Shown: positions 35,601-46,300 of the stretch, in pieces
How positions within the stretch are numbered: position 1 is the first letter of the stretch
Layout of the letters: each line of letters opens with the position of its first letter
DNA from: Camelus dromedarius
Lineage: Eukaryota
Assembly: GCF_036321535.1 (NCBI RefSeq)
Contig: NC_087437.1
Span: forward strand, 81,718,001 to 81,782,000
Direction: 5' to 3'
DNA length: 64,000 nucleotides
Notes under the pieces: model-generated
Told to the model about the DNA's origin: nothing
The model's input: the letters and a program-made list of their open reading frames with translations, nothing else
The model's database searches: none
Position numbers and translations under genes: made by a program

Positions 35601-38600
35601 AGGATTACATTCTTTTCTGATCTTCCTGTATGAAAGCAAAATGTTAGAAACAGTGGCTTAAAAGAAAAGTCAGTTGGAAAATCCCCTTAATATCATGATA
35701 AAAGCGTTCTGTTGAAAGTTGTTTGCAGTGTTGTCTTGAATCAACAATGGGGTGAAGTTCTCACATGCATGAGGTGACAGCATTCAGCAACGGCTGCTTC
35801 CTTTTTTAAAAAATTGAAGTATGGTTGATTTACAGTGCTGTGTTAGTTTCTCGTGTACAGCATAGTGATTCAGTTATACATATATATTTAGTCCTTATAG
35901 TTTATTACAAGCTATTGAAAATAATTCCCTGTGCTATATATACAGTAGGACCTTGGTGTTTATCTATTTTATATATAGTAATTTGTATCTGCTAATCTCA
36001 AACTCTTAATTTATCCCCCTACCACCCCTTCCCATTTGGTGACAATAAGTTTGTTTTCTATGTCTGTGAGTCTGTTTTATAAATAAGTGCATTTGTATCA
36101 TTTTTGTTTAAGATTCCACATATAAACAGTATCATACAATATTTGTCTATTGCTGACTTACTACTTCACTTCATGTGACAATATCTAGGTCCAGCCATGT
36201 TGCTGCAAATGGCATTCTTTCATTTTCTTTTATGCCTGAGTAGTATTTCATTTTATATACAAACACACACACACACACACACATATATATGTACCACAAC
36301 TTCTTTATCCAGTCATCTGTTGATGGACATTTAGGTTGCTCCCATGCCTTGGCTGTTGTAAACAGTGCTGCTATGAACACTGGGGTGCATGTATCTTTTT
36401 GAATTAGAGTTTTCTCCGGATACATGCTCAAGAAGTGGGATTGGTCGATTATATGATAACTATTTTTAGTTTAAGGAATCTTTATACTGTTTTCCATACT
36501 GTTTTGGCTGCAACAAGTCACATTCCCACCAACAGTGAAGGAGGGTTCCCTTTTCTTTATACCCTCTCCAGCATTTATCGTTTGTGAACTTTTTAACGAT
36601 GGCCATTCTGACCAGTGTGAGGTGATACCTCACTGTAGTTTTGATAATTAGTGCTATTGACCATCTTTTCATATGCCTATTGGCCATCTGTATGTCTTCG
36701 TTGGAGAAATGTCTATTTAGGTCTTCTGCCTATTTTTTGATTGGATTGTTTGTTTTGTTGTTATTGAGTTAAATGAGCTGTTCATATATTCTGGAAATTA
36801 AGCCCTTGTCAGTTGTATCATTTGCAAATATTTTCTCCCAGTCCATAGGTTGTCTTTTCATTTTGTTTATGGTTTTCTTTGCTGTACTAAAGTTTATAAG
36901 TTTAATTAGGTACCATTTGTTTACTTTTGCTTTTATTTCGAATGTCTTGGAAGACTGACCTAGGAAAAGATTGATACAATTTATGTCAGAGAATGTTTTG
37001 CCTTTGTTCTCTTCCAGGAGATTTATGGTGTCCTGTCTTATGTTTGTCTTCAAGCCATTTTGAGTTTATTTTTGTGTATGGTGTGAGGGAGTGTTCTAAT
37101 TTCATTGACTGACACGCAGCTGTTCAGCTTTCCCAACACCATTTGCCAAATAGACTTGTCTTTTCTGTATTGTATATTTTTGCCTCCTTTGTTGTAGATT
37201 AATTGAACATAGGTGTGTGGGTTTATTTCTGGGCTCTCTATTCTGTTCGATTGATCCATATGCCTGTTTTTGTGCCAAGACCACACTGTTTTGATTACTG
37301 TAGCTTTGTAGTATCTTCTGAAGTCTAGAAGGGTTATGCCTCCAGCTTTGGTTTTTCTCCTCAGGATTGCTTTGGCAACTCTGGGTCTTTTTTTTTTTTT
37401 TTTTGATTCCATATAAATTTTAGGATTTTCAGTGTAGTTCTGTGAAAAATGTCATGGATAATTTAATAGGGATCACATTAATCACATAAATTGCTTTGGG
37501 TAGTATGGTCATTTTAACAACATTAATTCTTTCAATCCAAGAGCATGGGATATCTTTCCATTTCTTTAAATCATCTTTAATTTCCTTTATCAATGTTTTA
37601 TAGTTTTCAGCATATAAGTCTTTTACTTCCTTGGCAGGAGGTAAGTATTTTATTTATTTTTTGATGCAATTTTAAAAGGGATTTTTTTTTTCACTTTCCT
37701 TTTCTGATATTTCATTGTTAGTGTAAAGAAATGCAACAGATTTCTGTATGTCAATCTTGTACCCTGCTAAGCAATGGCTGCCTTTTAATGGAGGCTGCAT
37801 TTCATAGTGGATAGGGATGGGTGACCAGGAGGGATGAAGCAGGAAACACACAGGAGGTGTTGGTGAAAGGGGCTGGTGAAGAAGAAAATGGACAAGTAAA
37901 CAGGATGAGCTTTTTGTGGAAATGAGTATCAATCTTGTAAGCCAATTACTTTGCTACCCCTTCAACAAGGCAAGTTTAATTTGCTACCTGGTGTGGCCTG
38001 GTGGTTTACATTACTACACTAAAGGACTCAAAAGGACTTGGGGGCACTAGGAAGATAACCTGCTGGGAGCTGGGGGGTGGGGAGTAGAAAATTTCAGTGG
38101 AAAGGCAGTAGGGAAGTATATGTTGGTAGGAGGAGTGGGACCTCAGATGACATTTTCCTCATTGAAGTCCACACTAGCTGCCCTAATCCATCCTTTTGAT
38201 AAGTGTGTGCCTATAGTATAATGGCATTGTGCAAGGATGGGGCTGGGATATGGAAAACGAGCCAGCTGTGGCTGAGCTCTGTGTTCTTACCACACACTCT
38301 CCTACCTACTCTGTCACTAGTTCACTGAGGGCAGGAATCAAGTCTTACCTACCTCACTCATCTGCACACCCAGCAGAACTCCTAGCACCAGCAGACACTC
38401 ATGAACACGAAATCAATGTTGACAGACTTGGCCTTCAAGGTAATTTTGCCACTAGTCCCCGTGGGGAGAGGGAATAGATGAGCTTTCCAGGCCTGCCTTC
38501 AGAATGGTGGTCATACGGTCTGGGATATCTGGTAATCTACCCAGAGCCGATTTGCCTGAAGCATTTACTTAATTCATTAGACCAAATGTGGGCATGCTCA

Positions 38601-39420
38601 GACCAGATCTTCCCCCCAACCAGCTTCTGGGATTCTCATCCTCCGATAGGTTAAAAATCAAATTGGCAAAAGGCTTGTGACTGAGGAGTGTGCCCTTAGC
38701 TCTGAGTAGAACTTGGTTTATTTTGCTAAGTATCCTGATGAGGCCAGAAAGATTTAGGTTCTTGCTTTTCCTAGATTAAAGTAATGATCTCAGAGGGAGT
38801 TCATTTGTAAAGGGAAAGACACAATGCTTGAAAGTTGGGCAAAATCGAAGACCTGTATCTTTGGTTCTTCACTCTTTTTATCAACATGATTCTCGGGCGT
38901 CTGGCCTTGCCTCTCGCCTGCCAATACCAATCGCTTGCTCGGTACTCTGCCAGCATAAAAAGCTCCTGATTTTGCCAGGTCCCTGGAAACAAATATGGCT
39001 GAACTGACCAGAGTGAGAGTGATTGTCCTCAAGAGGGAGGAGGGGTGAATATAATCTCTGGCAGGTGCAGAGGCTCTGTCACCATGTGCACCTGCCAGCT
39101 AGAAAAGGGATGTTCCAGTCCCGTCTAGTTCCCTGTCAAGGGGCTGTGTTCTCAAACTGACCACTCATTTATAGTCCCAAAGCTAAAAATTCTTAAAAAT
39201 TGCATTAAAAATGTAAGATGGGACAAACCTCTACTTCCTTGATGTTCTTTGCAGACAAGAGAAGGATGACACCCGCACCAAGGCAGAACACTCCTGTGAT
39301 AAAAAATCCAGAGAGGATTTTGGTGGCTGTGAGCTGTAGCCGGTAGGCAGGCAATTGCTGCTGCTTCAAAGCAGTATTGTCTGGCAATCTGGACTGGCAA
39401 TCGTGGGATCCCCTCTTCAT
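17434..39420 (-). CDS. TMEM30C: TMEM30C / CDC50C, P4-ATPase flippase beta subunit; complete spliced CDS join(39229..39420,33302..33412,27148..27249,25800..25887,25274..25414,20130..20339,17434..17624), 1035 nt, 344 aa
   Basis: Seven exons with GT-AG boundaries and compatible phases give one uninterrupted ORF from [23 protein letters not shown] to [12 protein letters not shown]. It has CDC50 hallmarks ([54 protein letters not shown]) and hydrophobic segments near both ends. Position just downstream of CMSS1 matches the known synteny of the C paralogue. Confidence 0.95.
17696..17773. mobile_element. MADE2-like mariner MITE
   Basis: ttaggttgaaccatat...gtttttgtaggtaaaaaatggtcgaatatt.caatttcata, about 80 bp, degraded palindrome. 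Confidence 0.7.
18441..18669 (+). mobile_element. Short L1 3' end insertion within the U12 intron
   Basis: Similar to the 3'UTR of the L1 at 11680-11900; 15-bp TSD aaaattc(t/c)tcattgt at 18426-18440 and 18670-18684. Confidence 0.88.
20130..20339 (-). CDS. TMEM30C: TMEM30C coding exon 6
   Basis: ctccacag|GA ACT...TAC A|gtatcctttt; encodes (G)[69 protein letters not shown] (210 nt). Confidence 0.96.
22290..25027. mobile_element. Near full-length hAT-Blackjack DNA transposon fossil (BLACKJACK/MER94-type ends), 2738 bp
   Basis: Imperfect TIRs (tacagtgaccataca / tacatgatcactcta); MER94-like subterminal motifs; perfect 8-bp TSD ATTATAGA at 22282-22289 and 25028-25035; AT-rich decayed interior. 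Confidence 0.82.
23175..23243 (-). mobile_element. Very short L1 3' tail nested in the hAT element
   Basis: T-rich tail plus tttattgaagtatagtcagtttacaatgtg; gagcatg flanks at 23168-23174 and 23244-23250. Confidence 0.7.
25274..25414 (-). CDS. TMEM30C: TMEM30C coding exon 5
   Basis: ccttatag|AC ACC...GCA G|gtaaga; encodes (D)[46 protein letters not shown] (141 nt). Confidence 0.95.
25800..25887 (-). CDS. TMEM30C: TMEM30C coding exon 4
   Basis: acatccag|GAT...AAT G|gtaggt; encodes [29 protein letters not shown] (88 nt). Confidence 0.95.
27148..27249 (-). CDS. TMEM30C: TMEM30C coding exon 3
   Basis: ctctacag|GGT...AAG|gtaagg; encodes [34 protein letters not shown] (102 nt). Confidence 0.95.
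29640..31330 (-). mobile_element. L2 LINE 3' region; ends approximate
   Basis: attgagcaactacagtgtgccaggc, cactctggctgct, ggagtcaagaatgactcc, caggagttcagttttgga motifs; purine-rich + strand. Confidence 0.82.
32270..32727 (+). mobile_element. ERVL LTR16-type solo LTR
   Basis: caaggccatgcttccc...ggctgctcccagccagtg; aataaatctctg...tcttggcatctgctcctcagaggacc end. Confidence 0.78.
33302..33412 (-). CDS. TMEM30C: TMEM30C coding exon 2
   Basis: cctgacag|ATT...AAG|gtaagt; encodes [37 protein letters not shown] (111 nt); absent from the ORF track. Confidence 0.93.
34454..34903 (-). mobile_element. Short L1 3' insertion with an atypical long 3' tail
   Basis: L1 3'UTR core tagattccacatataagtga...tctctaggtcc at 34819-34903; candidate TSD ttgaa(c/t)tatt at 34444-34453 and 34904-34913. 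Confidence 0.65.
35801..37769 (-). mobile_element. 5'-truncated L1 (ORF2 C-terminus plus 3'UTR), same broad family as 9572-11913
   Basis: [35 protein letters not shown] and [15 protein letters not shown] fragments; TSD agcaa(c/t)ggctgc at 35786-35797 and 37770-37781. Confidence 0.95.
39229..39420 (-). CDS. TMEM30C: TMEM30C coding exon 1 (64 codons, includes TM1)
   Basis: ATG in ccaaaATG context; encodes [64 protein letters not shown]; donor GAG|gtttgt, phase 0. Confidence 0.93.
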
Positions 39421-39516
39421 TTTGGCCCTGCAGGTGACGCAGATATACTTTCAAGACATTTGTAGCATTACTGCTTACAGCAATAACACATAATGGTAAT
39501 ATTAAGAATTATATGA

Positions 39517-39711
39517 GTTCAGGATTTGCAGATACTACTCTATATAAAATAAACAAGGTCCTACTGTATAGCACAGGGAATTATATTCATACTTTGTAAT
39601 GGCCTATAATAAAAAGGAATATGAAAAGGAGTATATATAAAAATAACTGAATCACTATGCTGTACATCAGAAATTAACACAACATTGTACATCGAATACA
39701 CTTTAATTAAA
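39517..39711 (+). mobile_element. Short L1 3' end inserted about 95 bp upstream of the TMEM30C ATG
   Basis: tactgtatagcacagggaa...ataactgaatcactatgctgtacatcagaaattaacacaacattgta, A tail; candidate TSD aa(g/a)aatta(t/c)atga at 39504-39516 and 39712-39724. Confidence 0.85.
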
Positions 39712-41107
39712 AAAAATTACATGAATCTTCCGGTGCATTTGCAAGGTTTTTCTGCTTCCTGGAATTATTCCTTAACTAGCCCTGATATTCAGCAGGAGCA
39801 CAGCTCCCTTCAATCAGCTACTGCTAGGTATATTTTACTTAGGCTCAAAAAGCTCATTGTGTTAAATGCCATGCCAAGCAGAAATGTCCCCACCAGGTCT
39901 GTATAACCCAACGACTGGTGACACTGGGAAGCAGTTATAACTGGCTACTTCTGGGATGTGGTGACTAATTAAAGGCAAGCCTTCCTGAAAGGGGAAAATG
40001 GATTTATCTTTAAGAACTTGTCCAAATCCTTGGAGATTAATACAACAACAACAACAAAAAAGAAGTTAGTGCTTTCAACTTTTTTTCCAAATGTGGCTGT
40101 CCCTTAACATGAATATAGAATAAATTGGGAAAATATTCTCAGATTACAGCTAACTTGACTATTTGTGATAATGAGAAAAGAAGCAAATGGGGACTGTAGG
40201 ACACAGATGTTTAACCTCAGCAGCTTCCAATTTTTTCACCCATAAGAAAGACTCTGGTAGGAAATGCAGATGAAAGACATCTCCTCCTAACTTCTTCCCA
40301 AGCACATGCTTTGAAATAGCCCAAATAAGGCAAGAGAAAGGAAGACAAAAATAGATAATGAAATGTTTAATATTGCAATGTTAGTATTACTGGTTTGGTT
40401 TTGGATTTTTCTTTTTTTCCCCTACTTATTAGAAATTCACTAACATTTTCATTAGAGTATTAATAATTACTTCCTCTTCAAGATGAATTTAAGATGTAGA
40501 ATTAGGCTTTTTAAAAAATTAGGCAGCGTGTGAGTTTCTAAATCTTTTTATTAACATTAGGCAGAGAAGCCATGCTGGACTATTTTTGTATTAAAGAAAG
40601 CAATGAGTTTGGCAAATCTAATTAATTTAAAAGAATACAAAATAAATGCAATTACTTACACTGGGATGTTTCCAGTTCAGAGTCAAAGTCTCCCACTTGG
40701 GAAATTGGAAGGAAAAAAAGCATACCACCAATGGGAAATTTTCAGCAAGACATTTGAATCTGGCTTGGAGGTGGTAATAAGTATGGCTGCTGGTTTCAGA
40801 CAGACTTGTGTGAGAAGATGGCAGTGAACACTTCCAAGTTCATATCTACTATTTGTTTTACTAAATAAACATGGTCCAGAAGTGAGTTTAAAAGGCAGGA
40901 ACAGCCTATGAGATTAGATTATGCGTGCAGAACTGACCTACAAAATATCAGGTATGTTTGTAATCTAGGTACTTATTCCAACATTGCGTGAAATTACAGT
41001 ACACAGATGACACCCACCAAAAGGGTCATTACAGTATTTCTTAGGCTTTTTATAAAACAGCAAAACGAATCTACCCCAAATCCCAAAGTAAGAGGTGCTT
41101 CACAGGA

Positions 41108-41570
41108 GTATATTAAGTTTTCCGGAGAAACAGAACCAATAGGAGATCTATATGTATGCATAGATCTATTGTAAAGAATTGGCTCACGTGACTATGGAGG
41201 AGGCTGGCAAATCCAAAATCTGCAGAGTTGATGTTTTAGTTTGAGTTCGAAGGCCAAAAGCTGCTGTAGAAACAGGAAGAGTTGAAGTCACGGTTTGAAG
41301 GTTGTCAGGTAGGAAGAGCTGATGTTTCAGTTGGAAGGAGGAATTCTTTCCTACTTGGGGGAGGGGCAGCCTTTTATTCTATCCAGGCTTTCAACTGACC
41401 AGATGAGGCCCACCTACATTATGGAGGGCAATCTGCTTTACTCGAATCTACCAATTTAAATGTTAATTTCATCCAAAAGTACCCTCACAGAAACACCCAG
41501 AACAGTATTTGACCAGCAATCTGGGTACCCTGAGCCCAGTCAAGTTGACACATTAAAATTAACCATTATA
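41108..41570 (-). mobile_element. ERVL LTR, MLT2-type
   Basis: agaaacagaaccaatagga ... gcccagtcaagttgacacattaaaattaaccat, the reverse complement of the MLT2 pattern at 14779. Confidence 0.87.
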
Positions 41571-41726
41571 GGTAGTGAGTGAAAACATTTTTGGGGCAAC
41601 ATTCTTCAGAGATGGCCAGATATGCATTTTACAGTTACTTTTATATTTACACATTTCTCTCCTAAATAAATCCACTGCAAATATAGAAATATATTTCATT
41701 ATATTCTCCTTTTTAAATTTCTAGAG

Positions 41727-41972
41727 CAGAGTTTTTCAGCCTCAGCACTATTGACATTTTGGGCCAGATATTTTTTTTGTCGTGGGGGTTGTCCTGCAGG
41801 TTTGCAGGATATTGAGCAGTGTCCCTGGCCTCTACCCATTAAATGCCAGTTGCAATCCTGCACTAGATGCCAGTAGTAGCCCCCTCCTCCCTGAGTTGTG
41901 ACAATCAAATACGTCTCCAGGTATGGCAAATGGCCCTTGGGGGTCAAAATAGCCCTGAGTTGAGAACCACTG
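41727..41972. mobile_element. MER20 hAT-Charlie MITE
   Basis: cagcactattgacattttgggccagata ... gttgagaaccactg. Confidence 0.85.
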
Positions 41973-42394
41973 GTTAACATTGATATGGACATGACGATCT
42001 GTTAGAGGCCATTGTGTTGGCATCACTAGAAACTTCAGAAAGTGACTTTTAAAATCCTTGCTGTCATTTCTCTTTAACTGCTGTGTAGATAGCCTCTTCA
42101 GGCATCCAGACATTTTGCATATACTGGGTTGCCTCGTATTTCACTACCTTTCCCCATTAACTGCTGAGACACAAATGTACCAAATAAATGTAGAATCAGG
42201 AAGTGGTTGTATGTGTGGGGTACAGTCACAAACACACATACTATATGCACACATAATATTCATGATGGTCTCATTTTTGGGTTTGGCAGCTGGATTGGTC
42301 TGAATTCTGAAAGCACAGACTGCATGTCTCAATTTGCAATTCTGTTCTCTTATAAAGTGATATTCTGATGTTTTCTTCCAGACAAACAATAGAC

Positions 42395-42750
42395 AAACTC
42401 AAATTGAGGGACATTCTATAAAAGTGTCAAGGTTATGAACGACAATAAGAGACTGAGTAACTGTCACCAACCGGAGGAAGCTAAGGAGAATGACAACTAC
42501 ATGCAATGTGGGATGAGTGGATCCTGGAATAGAAAACGGACAACAGTGGGAAAACTGGGGAATTCTAAATAAAGTCTGTAGTTTAGTTAATTATATTGTA
42601 TCAATGTTGATTCCTTAGTTTTGATAATTGTACTATGGTTATACAAGATGTTAACACTGGGGGTGCTGGGGAAAGAGGGAATGGGAATTCTTTATACTAT
42701 TTTTGCAACTGTTCCATACATGTGAAACTACCTCAAAATAAAGAGTTAAA
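42395..42750 (+). mobile_element. Old L1 3' end (L1MC/L1MD-like)
   Basis: caaattgaggga, atgcaatgtgggat...ggatcctggaa, tttttgcaact motifs. Confidence 0.75.
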
Positions 42751-43087
42751 GAAATAAATGAGTAAGACCATTGTAGGTACATCATTGTCTTTGACATGTT
42801 TACAAAGTGCCACATATACTTACAGCTCTTTCTACCACTACCACTGCCACCCTTCACTCTGGGACTAGGCTTCACAGTTTATAAATCCGTTCTCACGAAA
42901 TCCTCAGCAATCCTGCAAGATATCATTCCCGTTTCGCAGCTGATTAAACTGAGGCTCAGAGAGGGAAGGGGCTTGTTTAGGGTTGCTCCGCTGCTCTTTC
43001 CCTTCCCTTACACAGTCCTATTAGAGGCCAGTTGGTGAGAGAAAAACTCAGTCTGTGTAACAAAAATCACACACAAGCCAGTGATGC

Positions 43088-43093
43088 TTTATT
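43088..43093 (-). terminator. CMSS1 polyadenylation signal AATAAA with downstream GU-rich element
   Basis: AATAAA about 200 nt after the stop, followed on the minus strand by tggcttgtgtgtgatttttgtt. Confidence 0.75.
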
Positions 43094-43291
43094 ATACAAG
43101 GGTTTTGGCAAAGGACAGATTCATTTTTGTCAAAGAATCCCCATGAAACATTCCCAGCGATCCATCTGGTGACACAATTAACTTAATAAAACAATAGCTG
43201 ATATTTTCTGAGTGCATATGCAATGTGCTGAAGCCATTAAAGGAGATGCAAATCCCACCATGAAAACTGGAATCTTCATCAGGACCTAGAT

Positions 43292-43375
43292 TTAGAAAAG
43301 GCCCAGCTTCAAAGATTCTGATTTGCATAGACTGAAGACTCCCATTTCCAAAAGTTCAAAAACCTCCTTTCTTAT
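43292..43375 (-). CDS. CMSS1: CMSS1 last coding exon
   Basis: tcatttag|ATA...[33 protein letters not shown]. Confidence 0.95.
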   Translation of the reverse strand: MRKEVFELLEMGVFSLCKSESLKLGLF

Positions 43376-46300
43376 CTAAATGAGACAAAAGAAAAAAAAG
43401 GTTAAGATCAAGAAAAGATGGTCTTGATGAATAAATTCAACCATCTGGACTCTCTGGTATTTTATGCAGTTGTTACGGCCAGAACTAGGAAGAGAAAAAC
43501 CTGCATTTTATTCAGAGTTGAAATATTTACAAAAGTAAAAGAAGATGTACTATATAAGGCATCAGTTTCATTAAAATGCCCTTTTGTTTGCAGCCATTCA
43601 AAATAAAAGCTCATAAAAGAATCTTATACAAAAGTGTTTCAAGATATCCAAAGTGTGCCTAGAGTATACATAATATTTCAATGTAGCAAAACTGCTAATA
43701 ATAATCAACATAATAAAAATGACTATAGGTTATTCTTCTTGGAGACTATTTCTCCCTCATTATTATAATTAGAAAACTAGTGGTGACTTACTCAGATGTG
43801 TGTGTAGGGAACTGAGAAAATGGTTTTCCCGTCCGAACTGATGTCTAATATAACTCACCAATCAATTATAATCAGATTTGGTCATTCTGGGGATATAGTT
43901 TTACATAGTAAATTAATTCATTCAGCATTTTTGGAGGAGTAATTCCCATCTTCTTTGATAGTTTCTGCCATGATTTATTCCTGGTTGGTGACTAGCAGCC
44001 ATGTTTATTACTGCACAACCCTATTCTCGCCAACAGCAGCTTCTAAGCATCTGGGTAGATTGAAATATTAGTCCCATGGTAACATGGTGGGTGGCAAATC
44101 AATTTTTCACATTATGATGATAATGGATTACCTTCATAAATATATAATGAGCTAATGCTGTTCCCACAAAGGTATTCAATCAGCTCTAATCCATTGAGAC
44201 ATCAAAAAAAATTTCCCATTCCCCCAAAAAACAAAACAGCCCTCTAAATTAGGTAAGTGGGGATGTGGAGATGCAGGTAATGAGGCAAGTTTGTGCCCCC
44301 CACCTCCAAGTGCACTTATAAGGATGAAAGGCAAAGATAATTGTGTCTTTAAAACAAGGCACAGGGAAATGTGCCAAGTCCTCCAGATCTTTGTGTCTCT
44401 CTAAGGTACAGTATAGATGTGGTCCCCAGTGAGGCAGAGGCCATTGGTTATTTAACGAAGAAACAAAGCTGATTCCTACAAAACACATGGAAAAGATACA
44501 GTTATGTGTAAGGGGTGAGATGGCCTCTATAATTGTAGTTACTTCAGAGTTAAAGGAAATCATTTCAAAGGCCAGAATGTGCTGGCTCCCCATGTCAAAG
44601 ACTTTATTACTGTGTTTGAACTCAAGTTCAAATTGAAAAAAAAAAAAGAAAAGAAAAGATTAAAGGCAAGTGCTGGATTGCTGGTTACATGGTACCTCGG
44701 GAATGTCCATCATCCTCCTCAATTTTTGATCTCTCCAGTTCCAGTCAAAAACCAGAAACTTTAAGGGGTTCAAATTAAGGCCACCTGAAAGAGACAGGGA
44801 GAGTGTTGCTACATTAAAGAACTCATGACCTAAGTTTATTAAAATGATTTTTTATTCGCCTGGTTGCTTTTTGCCTCATTTGCTCTCTTCTCCCCCGGCC
44901 ACTAATCTCTGCACATTTAAGTGCTGTCCTTGCCTGATGGAAAGCAAATGTAGCACTTGGAGTCTTGCTCCCTTTACAATCTTATCGCTGATTCTCAACG
45001 AAGCAGGGAAGCTGCTCTTGCTAAGCTTGTCAAATGCTCAAGTGTTGGCAAAGAATCAAACCCAAGCCTCCATTTCATGAAGCTTCAGAGGATGAAGTCT
45101 TCCCGCCAGGCATTTGATAAAATATATCCTGCAGCTTGGGGTAGTGGCCCTGCAGAGGAGTTGAGTCCAACAGAGTCTGCATGGCTGTGCGGAGGTGAGT
45201 GGGTAGAAGGATGAGGACAGGGTTGCAGGGTTAATTTCAGGCAGAAAAGAAAGTTAAGATGAATGGGTTCTATTCAGAATTTGAGGAGACTGGTAAACCG
45301 CTTAAAGTCTCATTCCTGCTGTTTTCCCATCTATTTAGAGACAATTATGGAATGTGGGGCCGGAGAGGACCTCAGAGATTGTCTGTTCCTCAGAGGTCTC
45401 AGAGCTGGGCAGTCAGTTTTTCCCTCTGCCCCCAGCTGTTACATGTTACACCTGGAAACATAAAGAAGCCTTCCTTTATCCTGCAGCACTTCCCCTCGAT
45501 ACTGTTATTTCAGTGTTTCCCTCTCTGCCCAAAAAAACTTTTCCAAGCTTCTTATAACTACAGTGCCTCTTATTTAAAACTTTCTCTGCAAAATTAAAAA
45601 TGATAGGTGAGGAAAAGACAATGAGCTGATAGTGTTCCCCTAAAAATAACTGACTGCTGGTGGGAGAGCAAACAAGTACGGTCTCTCTGGAAAGCAACCA
45701 GGCATTATACAAGAGGAGCTTTAAAATGCTTAGTATGTGATAAAATAATTCTCCTTTATGACATAACCCAATAAAATATCAGACACTTAATGCATACTTA
45801 CTTGTAAAGATGATCACTGTGTATTACTTGTAATAGCAAAAACAAATTAGAAAGACCCCAAATATCCTATCAAAACAGAATTGCTCCAAAAAACAATATA
45901 AACTGGTGTTAATATCCCAAAAAAATATAAAGAACTCATACAACTCAACGGCAAAAAAACAAGTGATCTGACTTAAAAATAGGCAGAGTAACTGAGTAGA
46001 CGTTTTTCCAAAGAAGACATACAAAATGGCCAATAGGTACATGAAAATGTGGTCAGTGTCACTAATCATCAGGGAAACATAAATCAAAATCAAAATGAGC
46101 TATTGCCTAATACTTGTTAGAATGACTATTACCAAAATGACAAGAGATGTGGGAAAAAAGGAACCCTTGTGCACTGTTGGTGGGATTGTACATTGGTGTA
46201 GCCACTATGGAAAACAGTATGGAGGTTTCTCAAAAAAATTAAAAACAGAACTATCATGTGACCCAGCAATTCTACTTCTGGTTATACACCCAAAGGAAAT

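Noticed and set aside
39152..39454. 100-aa minus-strand ORF overlapping TMEM30C exon 1 in another frame
   Set aside because: It starts at TTG rather than ATG and has no recognisable homology; the CDC50 frame explains the region.
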